A DNA stretch of 34,526 nt. Source: Verrucomicrobiota bacterium (GTDB lineage Bacteria; Verrucomicrobiota; Verrucomicrobiia; Limisphaerales; UBA11358). Every line of letters starts with the position of its first letter. The first letter of the stretch is position 1. The position numbers were made by a program, and so were the translations under genes. Positions 29,041 through 34,526 of this stretch are shown here, piece by piece. The stretch is from contig JBEKEJ010000002.1 in the NCBI GenBank assembly GCA_050013895.1, positions 1 to 34,526 on the forward strand, in the 5' to 3' direction. The notes below the pieces were generated by a model. The model was not told the origin of the DNA and searched no databases. It was given only the letters and a program-made list of their open reading frames with translations.

Positions 29041-30753
29041 ATGAGCAAACTGCAAAACCAAAATGAATTGAACCGGCGCGATTTCCTTAAAACCAGCCTC
29101 GTGGCTTCCGTTGGGGCGGTCACGGTGGGCGTGGCCGCTGCCGGGGAAAATACTTCCGCCGCGCCTTCCGCGACACCTGGCTCGAAAACGGAGCCCCAGT
29201 CCATCATCAGGGTGACCAATGCCAAACCCGGCGCGCTGCTGAGAAAGCCCTGGAAAAACGCCATTGGTGTGGACGTGACGGTTACACTCCTGCGGGCCGA
29301 CCTTCAGAGCCATCTGGCGAAGTTGCAGCGCGACATCGGCTTTCGCCACTGCCGAACCTACGCGATGTTTCAAGACGACATGGCCGTGGTGACGCGCCGG
29401 AAGGACGGGAGCCTGGCGTTCCGCTGGAGCCACACGGACAAGGTTCTTGACGCCCTGCTCGGGCTGGGTCTGCGCCCTTTTGTGAATCTATCCCAGATGC
29501 CGGTGGCGCTGGCTTCCGGCACCACGACACTCCTTGACTGGGAAGTGAACACCACACCGCCCCGCGACTACGCCGAGTGGGGCCAGTTGGTGGGCGCCTT
29601 CGCTCGGCATTGTCTGGACCGCTACGGCTTGGACGAAATCGCGCAGTGGTATTACGAGGTTTGGAACGAGCCTAATATCCAGTTTTGGACAGGTTCGCAG
29701 GCCGAATATTGGAAGCTCTATGACGCCTCGGCGAGGGCGCTCAAGGCGGTCAGCCCGCGCCTGCGGGTGGGCGGGCCGGTCTCAGCCCGGGCTGCTTGGA
29801 TTCCGGAGATGATCTCACACTGTTCCAGCGCGGGCGTGCCGTTGGATTTCATCAGCACTCATATTTACCCGCAGGATGAATACAGGCTATATTCTGGCCC
29901 CCAAGGCAGCCCGTACAAGCCCGGCATGTTTGTCCCCGATGTCGTGCGGGAGGTCCGCCAGACCGTCCGCCAGTCAGCGCTTCCCGACTTGGAAATACAC
30001 TGGACGGAGTGGAGCAGCAGTGTTCCTGTGCCCGACGGGAAGCTTTCCGGGAGCAAGCATCCGACTTTGGATGACCTGTCCGGCGCGGCAAACGCTTGCT
30101 ATCTCGCCACGGCGGTGGATGGGGACTGTGATACTTTTGCCTGGTGGCCGGCCAGCGATATCGATGGACAAAATGGCATACCGCAGAGCGAGTTTTCCCA
30201 CACCCACGGACTGCTGACGTTGAGCGGTCTGCCCAAGGCGACGTTCAATGCCTTTAGTTTTCTCAACCGACTGCGGGGCGGGCGGCTGGAAGTCCGGCAC
30301 GAGACCCTGGCTCCTGGTCGCGGCCTGGTGGCGACGGCCGAAGGGGAAAGCGTGCAGGTTTTGCTTTGGCACCGGATTCTGCTTGAAGTCGGAGCACAAC
30401 AACCTTGGGCCGGCGTGCTGGAATTGCCTTGGACAAAATCGGCCAGGCCCGTGCTGCCACAGGAGCGAATCACGGCCGGGGCCGGCAGTTGCTATGAGAC
30501 CTGGCAAGCCTTGGGAGCGCCGCAAAATCTCTCGGCGACCGAACGGCGTTTGCTGGAAGTGCACGCCGCTCCCGAAGCGCGCTTGTTCCAGCCGGAGGCG
30601 CAAAACGGCCGGGTGACGCATGAATTTCGTCTGGCGCCCGGAGAGGTGCTTTATTGCGAACTGCGGCCGCAAGGAGCGGTGGCGCTACCCAAGTCGCCGC
30701 TGCGCCAGGAACTGAAGGCCTGGTATGCGTCCATGAACGCAAAGTCAAAATAA
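29041..30753 (+). CDS. Tat-signal GH39-like glycoside hydrolase (beta-xylosidase/alpha-L-iduronidase family), tandem paralog 2
   Basis: 570 aa. The twin-arginine signal is NRRDFLKTSLVASVGAV. Blocks are WYYEVWNEPNIQFW (acid/base), FISTHIYPQDE and LEIHWTEW (nucleophile). Confidence 0.75.
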   Translation: MSKLQNQNELNRRDFLKTSLVASVGAVTVGVAAAGENTSAAPSATPGSKTEPQSIIRVTNAKPGALLRKPWKNAIGVDVTVTLLRADLQSHLAKLQRDIGFRHCRTYAMFQDDMAVVTRRKDGSLAFRWSHTDKVLDALLGLGLRPFVNLSQMPVALASGTTTLLDWEVNTTPPRDYAEWGQLVGAFARHCLDRYGLDEIAQWYYEVWNEPNIQFWTGSQAEYWKLYDASARALKAVSPRLRVGGPVSARAAWIPEMISHCSSAGVPLDFISTHIYPQDEYRLYSGPQGSPYKPGMFVPDVVREVRQTVRQSALPDLEIHWTEWSSSVPVPDGKLSGSKHPTLDDLSGAANACYLATAVDGDCDTFAWWPASDIDGQNGIPQSEFSHTHGLLTLSGLPKATFNAFSFLNRLRGGRLEVRHETLAPGRGLVATAEGESVQVLLWHRILLEVGAQQPWAGVLELPWTKSARPVLPQERITAGAGSCYETWQALGAPQNLSATERRLLEVHAAPEARLFQPEAQNGRVTHEFRLAPGEVLYCELRPQGAVALPKSPLRQELKAWYASMNAKSK

Positions 30754-30765
30754 TAGGAGGCTTTG

Positions 30766-32307
30766 ATGAAGACTTCAGCGGACGATCCAACCGGTTTCTC
30801 CGGTGGGGCAACGTTACCGGCGACCGCCGGCGCCGGTAAGACTTATCGCAAGCCGTTTGCGATCATGACCGTTCTGTTCTTCATGTGGGGATTCATGACC
30901 GTGTGGAATGATATTCTCATCCCGCGTTTCAAAGATGCTTTCACCCTGAACTATTTTCAAGCCATGCTGGTTCAATTCGCATGGGGCGGGGCTTATACGG
31001 TTGGAGCGCTCGTCTATTACGTCATCGCGATGTTCTCCGGTGACCCGATCAATCGGATCGGCTACAAGAATGGCGTCATTATCGGTCTCCTGTTCGCCGC
31101 GGCAGGGAGCGCGCTGTTTTTTCCGGCAGCAATTTTGACCTCCTATCCGTTCTTTCTGGTTGCCTTGTTCATCGTGGGCCTCGGCTTTGCGATGCTGCAA
31201 ATTGCCTGCAATCCTTATGTGACCATTTTGGGGCCGGAACCGACGGCCCCCAGCCGGCTCAATCTGTCGCAGTCGTTCAATTCTTTTGGGACGACCATCG
31301 GCCCGATCATTGGGGGGTGGTTGATCTTTACCGTGTTTACCCGCCCGGGCGCGCATGGCGCGGATTCGGTAAAAGTACCCTACCTGTGTTTTGCAGCGGT
31401 TTTTCTGCTGCTGGCGGTCGGGTTCAAGTTCGCGCATTTGCCGGAATTCGCCAACAAGGACCATATCAGTCGCGGCGTCGGCCCGCTGAAATATCCGCAC
31501 ACGGTCCTGGGGATGATCGCCATTTTCATGTATGTCGGCGGTGAAGTCGGCGTCGGCAGCGTCATCATCAATTACCTCGCGCTTCCCAAGCTGGGCGGTC
31601 TGAGCCACGAAACCGCCAGCAAGTTCCTCGCCTTTTATTGGGGCGGTCTCATGATCGGTCGTTTCATGGGGGCTTTTGCGTTGAGTGAAATGCGCCAGTG
31701 GGTGAAACACTCGTTGGTGGTGCTCACGCCGCTGGCGGCATTTTGCTTTATCTTAGCGTTGCCGAACGTAGCGGAGGCTCTGCATCTTAGCTGGGCGTCG
31801 GCCGCGGCCGAGGTATGCAGCACCGCCAACGCATTGCACTACGGCGCGTTGTTGGCCGTGTTGCTGTTCGCCTTTTTTCTCGGCGAAGCCAGCGCCCACC
31901 GGATGCTCGCCCTGTTCAGCGCGGTGATCATCGGACTGCTGCTCGCCGGCATCCTGGGTTCCGGCCAGTTGGCTGTGTGGTCCATCCTGGGCGTCGGCCT
32001 GTTCTGTTCGGTGATGTGGTCGAATATCTTCTCTCTGGCGATTGAAGGACTGGGGCCGTTGAAAAGCCAGGGTTCCTCCCTGCTCATCATGGCCATTCTT
32101 GGCGTTGCCCTGCTGCCGCCGCTGCAGGGGTTCGTGGCGGACAGAATGGGCATTCAGTTTTCATTCATTGTTCCCATGGGCTGCTTTGTCTATATCGCTT
32201 TCTACGGACTTTACGGTTACCGCGCCGGAAGACAAAAGAATGCCGCCACGGCTAACGGGCGGACAGATGATGCCGCAGCCGCCGCGCCGAAGAAGGATTT
32301 GCGATGA
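30766..32307 (+). CDS. MFS sugar:H+ symporter, FucP / glucose-galactose (GluP) family
   Basis: The block FFMWGFMTVWNDILIPRFKDAFTLNYFQAMLVQFAWGGAY matches the FucP/GluP N-terminal signature as I recall it. About 12 hydrophobic segments are visible. AGGAGG at 30755-30760 precedes the ATG at 30766. The tracked ORF starts at TTG 30763. Confidence 0.85.
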   Translation: MKTSADDPTGFSGGATLPATAGAGKTYRKPFAIMTVLFFMWGFMTVWNDILIPRFKDAFTLNYFQAMLVQFAWGGAYTVGALVYYVIAMFSGDPINRIGYKNGVIIGLLFAAAGSALFFPAAILTSYPFFLVALFIVGLGFAMLQIACNPYVTILGPEPTAPSRLNLSQSFNSFGTTIGPIIGGWLIFTVFTRPGAHGADSVKVPYLCFAAVFLLLAVGFKFAHLPEFANKDHISRGVGPLKYPHTVLGMIAIFMYVGGEVGVGSVIINYLALPKLGGLSHETASKFLAFYWGGLMIGRFMGAFALSEMRQWVKHSLVVLTPLAAFCFILALPNVAEALHLSWASAAAEVCSTANALHYGALLAVLLFAFFLGEASAHRMLALFSAVIIGLLLAGILGSGQLAVWSILGVGLFCSVMWSNIFSLAIEGLGPLKSQGSSLLIMAILGVALLPPLQGFVADRMGIQFSFIVPMGCFVYIAFYGLYGYRAGRQKNAATANGRTDDAAAAAPKKDLR

Positions 32308-32318
32308 CAGGATATTTG

Positions 32319-32533
32319 CCCGAACTCCGAAGCAGGGCGCGTGAAAATGGTGGAGGGACAGCGCGCTGCGTTGTCTCCGCCCGCCCGTCCTCCGTAGCAG
32401 CTACTGCGGAGGGTGGACGTCCAGCGGGCGGAACGAATTGTGCGAAAGTGGATGGCGCACATCGGGCCGGTTCCGCGCCTGAACGTCGCGGTGACGGCGC
32501 AGCGCGCCGTCCCTACCAATCTCGGAATTCGGG
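32319..32533. mobile_element. MITE-like element, copy C (215 bp, divergent subfamily) with 5-bp target-site duplication ATTTG
   Basis: The termini cccgaactccgaag ... ctcggaattcggg are of the same type as copies A and B. The sub-terminal arms gagggacagcgcgctgcg and cgcagcgcgccgtccctac are inverted. ATTTG lies at 32314-32318 and 32534-32538, directly flanking the element. The core carries the hairpin module cccgtcctccgtagcagctactgcggagggtggacg (32384-32419). Confidence 0.7.
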
Positions 32534-32577
32534 ATTTGCCGGGCTTGGCAATGGAGTTATCAACGTCCAATGAAAAC

Positions 32578-34526
32578 ATGAATGCATCCTTGAAAAGAAA
32601 TTTGCTGCGCACAGTCAGAAGCCTTGGCGGCGCGGTTCTTGTTCTCCTCGCCGCCGCCGTCCGCGCCGAGACACCCGTGGACGATGTCAATCCCATGGTT
32701 GGTACCGATGGCCATGGGCACACCTTTCCGGGCGCCATGGCGCCCTTTGGCTTCGTGCAGGTTTCACCGGACACCAGGGTCAGGGGCTGGGACGCGTGTT
32801 CGGGCTATCACTATTCAGATAGCAGCCTTTACGGCTTCTCCATGACCCATCTTTCCGGCACAGGCGCCCCCGATTTGGGTAACATCCTGCTGATGCCGAC
32901 GGTCGGGGCTCTCAAGTTGACGCCGGGTCAAACGCCCGGAGAGGGCTATCGCACCCGGTTTTCGCACGACCAGGAAGTCGCGCGGCCCGGTTATTACTGC
33001 GTGTTCCTGCCCGATTACCAGGTGAAGGTGGAACTCACCGCGACCACCCGGGTGGGCATGCAGCGTTACACATTTCTTGACGCGACCAATGCTCATGTCG
33101 TCCTCGACCTCTGGCATGGCATCGGAAATGAACCGACTGAGACCATGCTGACCATTGAGAACGACCATACCATCAGCGGCTATCGCAAGAGCGACCCGAC
33201 CAGCTTCGGCGGTTACAAAGTGTACTACTTTGTCGTCCAATTCTCGCGGCCATTTGAAGTTGCCGGCATCAGCCAGGATGGGAAGGACATCGCGGGCAAA
33301 CAGGCCGTGGGACGCGATATCAAGGCGCACTTCGATTATTCGACCAAGGCAGGAGGGAAGCTGGTGATGAAGGTGGCGCTTTCCACCGTGAGCGTGGAAG
33401 GGGCGCGGATGAATTTGAAGGCGGAGATGGCCACATGGAATTTTGACAAGGTGGCGGCGGCGGCGCGCAGGCAGTGGAGCGCGGCCCTGAACCAGTTGCG
33501 CATCGAGACGGAAGATGCGCATTTGAGGCGGACGCTTTACACGGCCTTGTATCACACGATGATGGCGCCGATCGTGATCAACGACGTGGACGGCCGGTTC
33601 CGCGGGCCGGATTGCCAGGTGCATCCGGCCAAGGACTTCAACTATTACACCGATCTGTCGGTGTGGGACACCTATCGCGCGGAGCAACCGTTGCTGACGT
33701 TGGTGCAACCAGGCCGGGTCAACGACATCGTCAAGACGATGCTGACCCAGTACAAACTGTTGGGCGAACAGATGCTCCCGTTGTGCGCCTATGGCGGAAA
33801 GGAAACTTACTGCATGTTCGGCAACCCTTCCGTGCCGGTGATCGCCGAGGCTTATGCCAAGGGCTTTCGTGACTGGGACGCCGACGAAGCGTTGGCCGAC
33901 ATGGTGGGGGTGATGCAAAGGAATGACGACAAGCTCATGGAGTTCATCCTCCCCACCAACACCTACACCAACTACCGTCGCCAGGGCGGGGATGTCTCTG
34001 CCCCCAAATTTGCGCACCGCCACGACTTTGTCGGCAACAGCGAGTACCTTCGCCTGGGCTGGGTCCCCAGCTACGACAACGGTGTGTATCTCCAAGGCGT
34101 CTCCAAGACGCTGGAATTTGCTTATGAAGACGCCTGCGTGGCCCGCTTCGCCCGGCTCCTGGGCCGCGAGGACATCGCCGAGGTGTATGCCGCGCATTCC
34201 ACCAACTGGCAGAACGTCTTCGATGCCTCGACCGGATTCATGCGAGGGCGCTATGCCAACGGCGATTGGGTGACGCCGTTCAGCCCCTATGCCGTCAAGT
34301 TTCACCAGGACTACGCCGAAGCCAATGCCTGGCAGGTCAGCTTCGCTGTGCCTCACAATGTCCCCGCGCTCATCCAGGCATTCGGCGGGGATGAAAAATT
34401 TGTGGCCCGGCTGGACGAGCTTTTCGACACGCCCACCAGCGCAATACCCCGTCCGTTTGACCTCGATGTGAGCGGGCTGATCGGCCTGTATTGCGCGGGC
34501 AATGAACCCGACCAGAATTTTCCCTA
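32578..34526 (+). CDS. GH92 alpha-mannosidase, N-terminal ~649 codons (continues past the right window edge)
   Basis: Absent from the ORF track because it has no stop in the window. My translation from ATG 32578 gives MNASLKRNLLRTVRSLGGAVLVLLAAAVRAETPVDDVNPMVGTDGHGHTFPGAMAPFGFVQVSPDT...GFSMTHLSGTGAPDLGNILLMP. In-frame checks further on gave VFLPDYQVKVELTATTRVGMQRYTF (33001), TALYHTMMAP (33541) and GLYCAGNEPDQNFP (34480). All are characteristic GH92 blocks. Confidence 0.9.
   Translation, partial: MNASLKRNLLRTVRSLGGAVLVLLAAAVRAETPVDDVNPMVGTDGHGHTFPGAMAPFGFVQVSPDTRVRGWDACSGYHYSDSSLYGFSMTHLSGTGAPDLGNILLMPTVGALKLTPGQTPGEGYRTRFSHDQEVARPGYYCVFLPDYQVKVELTATTRVGMQRYTFLDATNAHVVLDLWHGIGNEPTETMLTIENDHTISGYRKSDPTSFGGYKVYYFVVQFSRPFEVAGISQDGKDIAGKQAVGRDIKAHFDYSTKAGGKLVMKVALSTVSVEGARMNLKAEMATWNFDKVAAAARRQWSAALNQLRIETEDAHLRRTLYTALYHTMMAPIVINDVDGRFRGPDCQVHPAKDFNYYTDLSVWDTYRAEQPLLTLVQPGRVNDIVKTMLTQYKLLGEQMLPLCAYGGKETYCMFGNPSVPVIAEAYAKGFRDWDADEALADMVGVMQRNDDKLMEFILPTNTYTNYRRQGGDVSAPKFAHRHDFVGNSEYLRLGWVPSYDNGVYLQGVSKTLEFAYEDACVARFARLLGREDIAEVYAAHSTNWQNVFDASTGFMRGRYANGDWVTPFSPYAVKFHQDYAEANAWQVSFAVPHNVPALIQAFGGDEKFVARLDELFDTPTSAIPRPFDLDVSGLIGLYCAGNEPDQNFP

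Noticed and set aside
8170-32540. Possibility that the dispersed repeats form a CRISPR array
   Set aside because: The repeats are 215-313 bp, internally palindromic, kilobases apart and irregularly spaced. There is no short-repeat/spacer periodicity and there are no cas genes.
32815-34356. 513-aa minus-strand ORF
   Set aside because: It is antisense to the GH92 gene, whose plus-strand frame shows multiple diagnostic motifs. The minus-strand product has no recognisable domain.

Overview
High-GC bacterial chromosomal window. Gene content and repeat style suggest a PVC/Verrucomicrobia-like glycan degrader, but that is inference only.

**Minus strand, 1-3722:** housekeeping genes argJ (partial), a SAM methyltransferase, argC, rpsI and rplM.

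**Plus strand, 4078 to the end:**
- An unusually long metH (1342 aa).
- A six-gene c-type cytochrome / NrfC-NrfD-type / ImcH-like heptaheme electron-transfer cluster (8.7-13.9 kb) with no recognisable catalytic subunit.
- A glycan-utilisation block: GH31, two tandem DUF4038/GH140-like paralogs, a clan GH-A lipoprotein, a 1323-aa GH2-like protein, two tandem Tat-signal GH39-like paralogs (the first interrupted by a single in-frame TAA), a FucP/GluP-type MFS permease and a partial GH92.

**Repeats:** a family of non-autonomous MITE-like palindromic elements overlies this map. Three intergenic copies are present, and two of them have perfect 5-bp target-site duplications. Shorter palindromic relatives sit in frame inside metH (twice) and argJ, without breaking the reading frames. 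Other features are a TTTCGTG triple-repeat module in front of both arg genes, a 313-bp nested palindrome, and several tandem gene duplications.

No tRNA, rRNA, CRISPR array, transposase or recognisable defence genes were seen. Most long minus-strand ORFs in the track between 4 and 34.5 kb are antisense shadows of the plus-strand genes. The best candidates for something undescribed are the orphan cytochrome/NrfCD/ImcH-like module and the in-frame MITE colonisation of essential genes. Both need database and structural checks that I cannot run here.
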